Part shown: one piece after another, positions 50,210-60,000 of the stretch
Layout: every line of letters starts with the position of its first letter
Position numbering within the stretch: the stretch's first letter is position 1
Assembly (NCBI RefSeq): GCF_963921235.1
Contig: NC_086109.1
Span: 1,676,001 to 1,736,000 of the forward strand
DNA length: 60,000 nucleotides
Source of the DNA: Mobula hypostoma
Taxonomy: Eukaryota
Reading direction: 5' to 3'
Program-made: the position numbers and the translations under genes
Notes under the pieces: generated by a model
Databases searched by the model: none
What the model was told of the DNA's origin: nothing
The model's input: only the letters and a program-made list of their open reading frames with translations

Positions 50210-51075
50210 TCTGGGGGGACTGTCCCCACACAACCAGTCACTGAGGTAAACTGTCCCTCCCTCCACACACAGTCAGTGGGGCCACTTCCCCACTGACACT
50301 GAGTCATAAAGGTACACTGAACCCACATAACCAGTTACTGGGGTAAACTGTCCTTCCCTCCACACACAGTCACTGGGGCCAGTTACCCACAGACACAGAG
50401 TCACAAAGGTACACTGAACCCAGACACCCAGATACCAGGGTACAGTGTCCCCTCACGCAGTCACTGGTGTGCACTGTCACCACACCCAGTCACTGGGGTA
50501 CACTGTCCCCCCCCACACCCAGTCACTGGGGTACACTGTCCCCCCCCACACCCAGTCACTGGGGTACACTGTCCCCCCGACACCCAGTCACTGGGGTACA
50601 CTGTCCTCCCCCCCACACCCAGTCACTGGGATACACTGTCCCCCCCCCCCACACCCAGTCACTGGGGTACACTGTCCTCCCACCACACCCAGTCACTGGG
50701 GTACACTGTCCTCCCACACACCCAGTCACTGGGGTACACTGTCCTCCCCCCACACCCAGTCACTGGGGTACACTGTCCTCCCACACACCCAGTCACTGGG
50801 ATACACTGTCCCCCCACACACACCCAGTCACTGGGATACACTGTCCCCCCCACACCCAGTCACTGGGATACACTGTCACCCCCACACACCCAGTCACTGG
50901 TGTGCACTGTCCCCCCCACACACCCAGTCACTGGGATACACTGTCCCCCCCACACCCAGTCACTGGGGTACACTGTCACCCCCACACACCCAGTCACTGG
51001 GGTACACTGTCCCCCCCACACCCAGTCACTGGTGTGCACTGTCCCCCCACACCCAGTCACTTGGGTACACTGTCA
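50210..51075. repeat. Minisatellite, ~30-34 bp unit
   Basis: cacccagtcactggggtacactgtccccc(c)a repeats; homogeneous at 50450-51075, diverged at 50210-50450. Confidence 0.95.
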
Positions 51076-51814
51076 CACACCTGTCCCTATGAGGCCATGT
51101 TATTCCAGTGTGTCCTGCCTGTTGACCCCATCTCACTGTGACCCCTGCTGCCTTCTTGTCCTGGCAGTAATGGCTCTCAGTCCAAATAGGGATATGATTA
51201 CATCCCCTGCCTCAGTTGATCTAAAATCTTTTAACATGCAGAGAAACACAGCAGGCAATGAGCACAGTGAGATCCCACAAACAGCATTGTGCTAATGCAC
51301 TTTGTCCCATGGAGAGAGATGAAGCAGGAGGCGACTGTCTTCTCTGTAATTTTCAAAACAGAGGTAATCTCACTGAAGCATCCAATCTCTAGGCCTTGAG
51401 ACGGTGTGTGTAGAGGGAATATTTTTCCTGGCAGGGTTATCTAGACTAGTGGTCACACTCAGAATGAGGGGTCGGCCGTTCAGGACAGAGATAGGGAGCG
51501 TTTCTTTTTACACCCGGGATGGTGGAGGGTTGACTTGGAATTATCTCCCTAAGATACTGTAGAGTTTTATTTCTGAGTGGGGTGGGGAAGAATAATTAGT
51601 TCCTCTCTCAGAAACACTGTCGTCAGATAGTTTGCTGTCGACATCCAATACTGTGGCTTTCTACTTATGAACACACCTCCTCCAGCTCACTTCTCTGCCT
51701 CACAGTGTGCCTCTACGTTGTTGCTACACAAGCGAACTGCACACCGCCAAGGACCCACAGCGAGAAGAATATTCCTGCGTTCGCCCACCAGCCGCTGACC
51801 CTTCCCTGAGAAAG

Positions 51815-51875
51815 ATGATCACTGGGCCACTGCTGATCTGTTCCTGCCTGACTCTCTCCATCTCCGTCTTCACAT
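51815..51875 (+). CDS. Putative signal-peptide exon of a second secreted/membrane protein gene
   Basis: aagATG, MITGPLLICSCLTLSISVFT, then a consensus phase-1 donor T|gtgagt, in non-repetitive CpG-containing sequence. Confidence 0.55.
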
Positions 51876-53564
51876 GTGAGTTTTATTCATAACATGTCTT
51901 TGTGTTTCACTTCCTTCTCTCCAGGGTCTGTGTTACTTGTTGGCTGGGTATTTCTGCATCACAACTTCCCAGGGAGAGACAGAGTGGGGTAAACGGAGAG
52001 TGAAACCCCTGTACAATGTCTACTTCACACAATGTAGACAATAGTCTACATTGTGAAACAGCCTCTGGACTATCCCATTGTTGTTGCCGATTAACTGGAC
52101 ACTGAAGATTCAGTCGTTCTTCAATCACACTGTGCCTCTTGGAGAACAACACGGGCCCGTCACTAAACCTTATCAATTCAATTTATAACGAGTCAACAAG
52201 CAGTTACAGATATTGACCATTTGGTAAACTGTGTCTGGTCAAGCTCCTTATCTGCAGGATCAATCGCCATCCACAATGCAGATGCTAAAAGTTAATGAGA
52301 GCTACAACTGAGAAACTGACGAGACCTTGATGTTAGTTAAGTCGTCGTCCCCTAGTTGGTGCGTGTGCCTTGAATCCTTGCGCCTAAGTGGCTCTAGCTC
52401 CCTGTATGCAAAGGGAAGCTATCACCTTCAATGATCTTTCTTGCCTGGGCTGTTTGCACACATCTGCTTAACCCTCACCTTGCCACAACTGTCACACTAT
52501 CACATTCCCAGGGCACGGGTTAGATCCAGAGTGCAGCTCCCTCTGTGCTGTCAGGGTAGGGGTTAGATACAGAAAAAGAGAAGCCTGCTTATCAGTGATT
52601 ACGAGGGAAGAGGAAGTTGCTCAGGCTGTAACCGCAGAGTCAACCTGTTGCTAATTCTGGAAATGGAGCAGTCCAGCTGTTCAACTGTTTGGAAGTGTGT
52701 GGCCCAGGACCCTTCCAAAGCCAGCAACTGGGATCAGGTCCAGAGCTGTTTTGTGGGGAAGGAAGGAAGGAAGTTGACGAGGATGCTGAGTTGGAGGAAA
52801 GACAGGAGGGAAGAAAGGGGATAGCGATGAATTACCAGGCAACATTAGTTGGGCACCTTGGTACTGGCTCTGTCTGTTTCTGTGGTGAGGCATGAGAACC
52901 TTATCAAACGCTTTATCATGGTCCATGTAAACGGTATTCACTGCCCCACCATCACCAGTTATCTTCATAATCCCATCTGAACACTCAATGCTTGCCTCCT
53001 CTGTTTGAGCCATAGAGTCATAGAGTACAGCATAGAAACAGGCCCTTTGGCCCTTCTAGTCCATGCTGACCCATTTAAACTGCATACTCCCATTGACCAC
53101 AGCCCTCCAAAACTCTACTGTTCAAACTTCTCTTCAATGTTGAAATCGAGATACTGGGTGTGAAAACTGAGAAGTCATGATGGAGCTGTATAAAACTTAG
53201 TTTGAGCCACATTTGGAAGATTTGTGCAGTCCTGTTCACTGCTTTACAGGAAGATGTGGAGCCTTTGGAGAGGGTGCAGTACAGGTTCACCAGACTGTTG
53301 CCTGGATTAGAAAACAGAAGGTATAAACAAAGGTTGAACAAATGGGTTGTCTGGGGAGTGACGATTCTTCACACAAGTATTGTCCTCATTCCCCTGAACA
53401 GTTTCAATCCTTTGATGTTGTAATTGCCCTAAGCAATATTGCAAAACACTCACAATTTTATCAAACACTTCTCATCTCACAAAAATAACAGTATACTTTT
53501 CCTTTAAAAAAGATTCCAACACATTTGCAATGACGTTTATTAAAACGGAGTCCCTGCTTTCAGA

Positions 53565-56500
53565 GTGAATACAGAAAATTCTTGTAAACGTTACACATGT
53601 GTTCTACGTCTTTATTCTACATGTTCATTAATCTCATTGTCTTTTGTACAACACTGTGTGTATTATACCAATAACAGAGCGAGCAAGATGTTTTCAATAG
53701 CATGGGCATTGTTGAAACCGTGCCTGAAGGAGGCAGGGGTAGAGCAGGTAATAGTGAGCGTAGAAGCAAAAAGTACAAAGGGGAAAAGTAAAAGTGGCAG
53801 GCCGACAAATCCAGGGCAAGCATTAAAAAGGGCTAAGAGAGTTGTAAAAGAGCGCCTGAAGGCTTTATGTGTCAATGCAAGGAGCATTCGTAATAAGGTG
53901 GATGAATTGAAAGTGCAGATTGTTATTAATGATTATGATATAGTTGGGATCACAGAGACATGGCTCCAGGGTGACCAGGGATGGGAGCTCAACGTTCAGG
54001 GATATTCAATATTCAGGAGGGATAGACATGAAGGAAGGGGAGGTGGGGTGGCGTTGCTGGTTAAAAAAGAGATTAACGCAATAGAAAGGAAGGACATAAG
54101 CCGGGAAGATGTGGAATCGATATGGGTAGAGCTGCGTAACACTAAGGGGCAGAAGACGCTGGTGGGAGTTGTGTACAGGCCACCTAACAGTAGTAGTGAG
54201 GTCGGAGATGGTATTAAACAGGAAATTAGAAATGTGTGCAATAAAGGAACAGCAGTTATAATGGGTGACTTCAATCTACATGTAGACTGGGTGAACCAAA
54301 TTGGTAAAGGTGCTGAGGAAGAGGATTTCTTGGAATGTATGCGGGATGGTTTTTTGAACCAACATGTCGAGGAACCGACTAGAGAGCAGGCTATTCTGGA
54401 CTGGGTTTTGAGCAATGAGGAAGGGTTAATTCGCAATCTTGTCGTGAGAGGCCCCTTGGGTAAAAGTGACCATAATATGGTGGAATTCTTCATTAACATG
54501 GAGAGTGACATAGTTAATTCAGAAACAAAGGTTCTGAACTTAAAGAGGGGTAACTGTGAAGGTATGAGTTGTGAATTAGCTAAGATAGACTGGCAAATGA
54601 CACTTAAAGGATTGACGGTGGATATGCAATGGCAAGCATTTAAAGGTTGCATGGATGAACTACAACAATTGTTCATCCCAGTTTGGCAAAAGAATAAATC
54701 AAGGAAGGTAGTGCACCCGTGGCTGACAAGAGAAATTAGGGATAGTATCAATTCCAAAGAAGTAGCATACAAATTAGCCAGAGAAAGTGGCTCACCTGAG
54801 GACTGGGAGAAATTCAGAGTTCAGCAGAGGAGGACAAAGGGCTTAATTAGGAAGGGGAAAAAAGATTATGAGAGAAAACTGGCAGAGAACATAAAAACAG
54901 ACTGTAAAAGCTTTTATAGATATGTAAAAAGGAAAAGACTGATAAAGACAAATGTAGGTCCCCTGCAGACAGAAACAGGTGAATTGATTATGGGGAGCAA
55001 GGACATGGCAGACCAATTGAATAATTACTTTGGTTCTGTCTTCACTAAGGAGGACATAAATAATCTTCCAGAAATAGTAAGGGACAGAGAGTCCAGTGAG
55101 ATGGAGGAACTGAGTGAAATACATGTTAGTAGGGAAGTGGTGTTAGGTAAATTGAAGGGATTGAAGGCAGATAAATCCCCAGGGCCAGATGGTCTGCATC
55201 CCAGAGTGCTTAAGGAAGTAGCCCAAGAAATAGTGGATGCATTAGTGATAATTTTTCAAAACTCGTTAGATTCTGGACTAGTTCCTGAGGATTGGAGGGT
55301 GGCTAATGTAACCCCACTTTTTAAAAAAGGAGGGAGAGAGAAACCGGGGAATTATAGGCCGGTTAGCCTAACGTCGGTGGTGGGGAAACTGCTGGAGTCA
55401 GTTATCAAGGGTGTGATAACAGCACATTTGGAAAGCGGTGAAATCATCGGACAAAGTCAGCATGGATTTGTGAAAGGAAAATCATGTCTGACGAATCTCA
55501 TAGAATTTTTTGAGGATGTAACTAGTAGAGTGGATAGGGGAGAACCAGTGGATGTGGTATATTTGGATTTTCAAAAGGCTTTTGACAAGGTCCCACACAG
55601 GAGATTAGTGTGCAAACTTAAAGCACACGGTATTGGGGGTAAGGTATTGGTGTGGGTGGAGAATTGGTTAGCAGACAGGAAGCAAAGAGTGGGAATAAAC
55701 GGGACCTTTTCAGAATGGCAGGCGGTGACTAGTGGGGTACCGCAAGGCTCAGTGCTGGGACCCCAGTTGTTTACAATATATATTAATGACTTGGATGAGG
55801 GAATTAAATGCAGCATCTCCAAGTTTGCGGATGACACGAAGCTGGGTGGCAGTGTTAGCAGTGAGGAGGATGCTAAGAGGATGCAGGGTGACTTGGATAG
55901 GTTGGGTGAGTGGGCAAACTCATGGCAGATGCAATTTAATGTGGATAAATGTGAAGTTATCCACTTTGGTGGCAAAAATAGGAAAACAGATTATTATCTG
56001 AATGGTGGCCGATTAGGAAAAGGGGAGGTGCAACGAGACTTGGGTGTCATTATACACCAGTCATTGAAAGTGGGCATGCAGGTACAGCAGGCGGTGAAAA
56101 AGGCGAATGGTATGCTGGCATTTATAGCGAGAGGAGTCGAGTACAGGAGCAGGGAGGTACTACTGCAGTTGTACAAGGCCTTGGTGAGACCACACCTGGA
56201 GTATTGTGTGCAGTTTTGGTCCCCTAATCTGAGGAAAGACATCTTTGCCATAGAGGGAGTACAAAGAAGGTTCACCAGATTGATTCCTGGGATGGCAGGT
56301 CTTTCATATGAAGAAAGACTGGATGAACTGGGCTTGTACTCGTTGGAATTTAGAAGATTGAGGGGGGATCTGATTGAAACGTATAAGATCCTAAAGGGAT
56401 TGGACAGGCTAGATGCGGGAAGATTGTTCCCGATGTTGGGGAGCTCCAGAATGAGGGGTCACAGTTTGAGGATAGAGGGGAAGCCTTTTAGGACCGAGAT

Positions 56501-56657
56501 TAGGAAAAACTTCTTCACACAGAGAGTGGTGAATCTGTGGAATTCTCTGCCACAGCAAACTGTTGAGGCCGGTTCATTGGCTGTGTTTAAGAGGAAGTTA
56601 GATATGGCCCTTGTGGCTACAGGGGTCAGGGGGTATGGAGGGAAGGCTGGGTTCTGA
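53565..56657 (+). CDS. CR1 ORF2 (APE endonuclease + reverse transcriptase), uninterrupted; element-derived part starts ~53700, EN domain ~53855
   Basis: NARSIRNK, GITETW, VYRPP, MGDFN, LDWVL, SDH; GPDG, NYRPVSLTS, QHGF, YLDFQKAFDKV, GVPQGSVLGP, FADD. No stops or frameshifts. Confidence 0.95.
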   Translation: MNTENSCKRYTCVLRLYSTCSLISLSFVQHCVYYTNNRASKMFSIAWALLKPCLKEAGVEQVIVSVEAKSTKGKSKSGRPTNPGQALKRAKRVVKERLKALCVNARSIRNKVDELKVQIVINDYDIVGITETWLQGDQGWELNVQGYSIFRRDRHEGRGGGVALLVKKEINAIERKDISREDVESIWVELRNTKGQKTLVGVVYRPPNSSSEVGDGIKQEIRNVCNKGTAVIMGDFNLHVDWVNQIGKGAEEEDFLECMRDGFLNQHVEEPTREQAILDWVLSNEEGLIRNLVVRGPLGKSDHNMVEFFINMESDIVNSETKVLNLKRGNCEGMSCELAKIDWQMTLKGLTVDMQWQAFKGCMDELQQLFIPVWQKNKSRKVVHPWLTREIRDSINSKEVAYKLARESGSPEDWEKFRVQQRRTKGLIRKGKKDYERKLAENIKTDCKSFYRYVKRKRLIKTNVGPLQTETGELIMGSKDMADQLNNYFGSVFTKEDINNLPEIVRDRESSEMEELSEIHVSREVVLGKLKGLKADKSPGPDGLHPRVLKEVAQEIVDALVIIFQNSLDSGLVPEDWRVANVTPLFKKGGREKPGNYRPVSLTSVVGKLLESVIKGVITAHLESGEIIGQSQHGFVKGKSCLTNLIEFFEDVTSRVDRGEPVDVVYLDFQKAFDKVPHRRLVCKLKAHGIGGKVLVWVENWLADRKQRVGINGTFSEWQAVTSGVPQGSVLGPQLFTIYINDLDEGIKCSISKFADDTKLGGSVSSEEDAKRMQGDLDRLGEWANSWQMQFNVDKCEVIHFGGKNRKTDYYLNGGRLGKGEVQRDLGVIIHQSLKVGMQVQQAVKKANGMLAFIARGVEYRSREVLLQLYKALVRPHLEYCVQFWSPNLRKDIFAIEGVQRRFTRLIPGMAGLSYEERLDELGLYSLEFRRLRGDLIETYKILKGLDRLDAGRLFPMLGSSRMRGHSLRIEGKPFRTEIRKNFFTQRVVNLWNSLPQQTVEAGSLAVFKRKLDMALVATGVRGYGGKAGF

Positions 56658-56753
56658 GTTGGATGATCAGCCATGATCATAATAAATGGCGGTGCAGGCT
56701 CGAAGGGCCGAATGGCCTACTCCTGCACCTATTTTCTATGTTTCTATGTTTCT
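53700..56753 (+). mobile_element. Young 5'-truncated CR1 LINE
   Basis: Complete ORF2, 3' UTR hairpin (ggtgcagg...ggccgaatggcc...cctgcacc) and (tttctatg)n tail; ORF1 absent. Confidence 0.95.
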
Positions 56754-56789
56754 ATAATCATCTCGTTCATCCTGAGACTCCATAAGACC

Positions 56790-57320
56790 ATGAGACATAT
56801 GAATAGAATTGGGCCATTCAGCCCATCCAGTTTTCTCTGCCATTTCAACATGGTTGATCTATTTCCCCCTCAACCCCATTCTCCTCCCCGTATTCCTTCA
56901 TGCCCTGACTAATCAAGAAGCTATCAAACTTCACCTTAAATACACTCAATGACTTGGCCTCCACAGCCAACTGTGGCAATAAATTCCACAGATTCACCAC
57001 TCTCTGGCTAAAGAAAATCCTCCTCATCTCTGTTCTCAAGGAACACCCCTCTATTTGAGGCTGTGCCCTTTGCTCCTAGACTTCCCCCAGCACAGGAAAC
57101 ATCCTCTCCACATCTACTCTCTCTCTCTAGGCCTTTCAATATTTGATAGCTTTCAATGAGATTCCCCACTCATTCTTTTAATTTCCAGCGAATACAGGCC
57201 CAAAGCCAACAATTGCTCCTAATATGAGAACTTCTTCATTCCCAGAATCATTCTCGTGAACGTCCTCTGAACCTTCTCCAATGTGAGCACATACTTCCTT
57301 AATGAGGGCCCAAAACTGTT
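56790..57320 (-). mobile_element. CR1 3' fragment
   Basis: RTEMRRIFFSQRVVNLWNLLPQ; tcttatgg tail. Confidence 0.88.
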
Positions 57321-57384
57321 GAATTGACTGACTTTATTACTTACATCCTTCATATACATGAGGAGTAAAAATCTTTATGTCACA

Positions 57385-59545
57385 ATACCATTAGTTTCAA
57401 TATAATTATGGAGAAGGATAGGACTGGACCTAGGATTGAGATTTTTGATTGGAGAAAGGCTAACTTTGAGGAGATGTGAAAGGATTTAGAAGGAGTGGAT
57501 TGGGACAATTTATTTAATGGGAAGGATGTAATAGAGAAATGGAGGTCACTTAAAGGTGAAATTTTGAGGGTACAGGATCTTTATGTTCCTGTTTGGTTGA
57601 AAGGAAAGGTTAAAAGTTTGAGAGAGCCATGGTTTTCTAGGGATATGGGAAACTTGGTTTGGAAAAAGAGAGGGATTTACAATAAATGTAGGCAGCTTGG
57701 AGTTAATGAGGTGCTCGAGGAATATAAAGAATGTAAAAACAATCTTAAGAGAGAAATTAGGAAAGCTAAAAGAAGATACGAGGCAGCGTTAGGAAATAAG
57801 GTCAAAATAAATCCAAAGGGTTTCTACAGTTATATAAATAGCAAAAGGATAGTGAGGGATAAAATTGGGCCCTTAGAGAATCAGAGTGGACGGCTATGTG
57901 CGGAGCCAAAAGAGATGGGGGAGATTTTGAACAATTTCTTCGGTATTCACGAAGGAGAAGGATATTGAATTGTGTAAGATAAAGGAAACAAGAAGGGTAG
58001 TTATGGAAAGTATGATGATTAAAGAAGAGGAAGTACTGGCGCTTTTAAGAAATATGAAAGTGGATAAGTCTCCGGGTCTGGACAAGATATTCCCTAGGAC
58101 CTTGAGGGAAGTTAGTGTGGAAATAGCAGGGGCTCTAACAGAAATAATTCAAATGTCGTGAGAAATGGGGATGGTGCCGGAAGATTGGCGTATTGCTCGT
58201 GTGGTTCCATTGTTTAAAAAGGGTTCTAAGAGCAAACCTGGCAATTATCAGCCTGTGAGTTTGATGTCAGTGGTGGGTAAATTGATGGAAAGTATTCTTA
58301 GAGATGGTATATATAATTATCTGGATAGACAGGGTCTGATTAGGAACAATCAACATGGAAGGTCATGATTGACAAATTTTATTGAATTTTTTGATGAGGT
58401 TAGTTAGGAAGGTTCAATCGTTAGGCATTAATATCGAAGTAGTAAAATGGATTCAGCAGTGGCTGAATGGGAGACGCCAGAGAGTAGTGGTGGATAACTG
58501 TGTGTCAGATGGGAGGACGGTGTGTAGCGGTGTGCCTCAGGGATCTGTACTGGGTCCAATGTTTTTTGTCATATATTTTAATGATCTGGATGATGGGGTG
58601 GTAAATTGGATTAGTAAGTATGCAGATGATACTAAGATAGGTGGCGTTGTGGATGATGAGGAGGGTTTTCAAAGCTTGCAGAGAGATTTAGGCCAGTTAG
58701 AAGAGTGGGCTGAAAGATGGCAGATGGAGTTTAATGCTGAAAAATGTGAGGTGCTATATTTTGGTAGGACTAATCAAAATAGGACATACATGGTAAATGG
58801 TAGGGCATTGAAGAATGCTGTAGAACAGAGGGATCTAGGAATAATGGTGCATAGTTCCCTGAAGGTGGAATCCCATGTGGATAGGGTGGTGAAGAAAGCT
58901 TTTGGTATGCCGGCCTTTATTAATCAGAGCATTGAGTATAGGAGTTGGGATGTCATGTTGAAAGTGTATAAGGCATTGGTAAGACCAAATTTGGAGTATT
59001 GTGTACAGTTCTGGTCACCGAATTATAGGAAAGATATCAATAAAATTGAGACAGTACAGAGGAGGTTTACTAAAATGTTGCCTGGGTTTCATCTCCTAAG
59101 TTACAGAGAAAGGTTGAACAAGTTAGGTCTTTATTCTTTGGAGCGTAGAAGGTTGAGGGGGGACTTGATAGAGGTGTTTAAAATTATGAGGAGGATAGAT
59201 AGAGTTGACGTGGATAGGCTTTTTCCATTGAGAGTGGGAGAGATTTAAACAAGAGGACATTAGCTGAGAGTTAAAGGGCAAAAGTTCAGGGGTAACATGA
59301 GGGGGAACTTCTTTACTGAGAGAGTGGTAGCTGTGTGGAACGAGCTTCCAGCAGAAGTGGTTGAAGCAGGTTTGATGTTGTTGTTTAAAGTTAAATTGGG
59401 TAGATATATGGACAGGAAGGGAATGGAGGGTTATGGACCAAGTACAGGCCGGTGGGGCTAGGTGAGAGTAGGAGTTCGGCACGGACTAGAAGGGCCAAGA
59501 TGGCCTGTTTCCATGCTGTGATTGTTATATGGTTTGTTATATGGT
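57385..59545 (+). mobile_element. CR1 LINE (another subfamily), 5' truncated, RT internally deleted, inserted in a Rex1 3' UTR
   Basis: KSPGLDKIFPRTLRE, NYQPVSL, GVPQGSVLGP, YADDTK; lacks the YxDFxKAFD segment; ttatatgg tail. Confidence 0.92.
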
Positions 59546-60000
59546 TAAATGTGCAATGTGCAATTTATAGTAATTTACAATAAATAGTACGTACAACTGG
59601 ATAGTCAATATAACATAGAAATACAATTGTAGCAGCATGAGTTAATCAGCCTGATGGCCTGGTGGAAGAAGCTGTCCTGGAGCCTGTTGGTCCTGGCTTT
59701 TATGCTGTGGTACCACTTACTGGATGGTAGTAGCTGGAACAGTTTGTGGTTGGGGTGACTTGAGTCCCAATGATCTTTCAGGCCCTTTTTACACACCTGT
59801 CTTTGTAAATGTCTTGAATAGTGGGAAGTTCACATCTACAGATGCGCTGGGCTGTCCACACCATTCTCTGCAGAGTCCTGTGGTTGAGGGAAGTACGGTA
59901 CCTGTACCAGGCAGTGATGCAGCCAGTCAGGATGCTCTCAATCGTGCCCCTGTAGAAAATTCTTAGGATTTAGAGGTCCATACCAAACTTCTTCAACTGT
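59546..60000 (-). mobile_element. Rex1 3' part (tail resumes at 57321-57382; runs off the window)
   Basis: HPNHKLFQLLPSSKWYHSIKARTNRLQDSFFHQAIRL. Confidence 0.85.

Noticed and set aside
50445..51295. Repetitive His/Pro/Thr ORFs
   Set aside because: Minisatellite translations, open in several frames on both strands.
53565..53700. N-terminal extension of the 1030-aa ORF
   Set aside because: Starts at a non-ATG codon in flanking sequence; fortuitously open and not part of CR1 ORF2.
44405..56657. Novel RT + nuclease + ncRNA system (retron/DGR-like)
   Set aside because: The GIY-YIG domain and ribozyme belong to Penelope and the RT to an unrelated CR1; their proximity reflects TE density.
53996..56680. 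Long minus-strand ORFs opposite CR1 ORF2
   Set aside because: Antisense shadows typical of CR1; the same ORFs recur opposite other copies.

Overview
This is vertebrate genomic DNA, not prokaryotic. The repeat landscape (CR1, Rex1/Babar, L1, Penelope, V-SINE/HE1-like, a ~56-bp satellite) points to a cartilaginous fish, probably a ray; that assignment is inference. Most of the window is nested, decayed retroelements and minisatellites. The one well-supported host gene is a minus-strand CD2/SLAM-family Ig receptor: leader 6935-6977, IgV 5831-6163, IgC2 2542-2826, all with phase-1 junctions. Its membrane-anchor exon was not found in the window. A CpG-rich 29-bp VNTR sits directly upstream of it, and a probable signal-peptide exon of a second, plus-strand gene lies at 51815-51875. 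The most striking hidden structure is a set of minimal type I hammerhead ribozymes in the Penelope elements (two intact-looking copies, several decayed). Other notable items: twin-priming-type 5' inversions in both an L1 and a Penelope copy, a 53-bp Penelope micro-insertion with a 10-bp TSD, a solo LTR, and one CR1 with an uninterrupted ORF2. I see no CRISPR or other prokaryotic system, and nothing that is clearly a wholly new biological system. TE boundaries are approximate unless a TSD is given.
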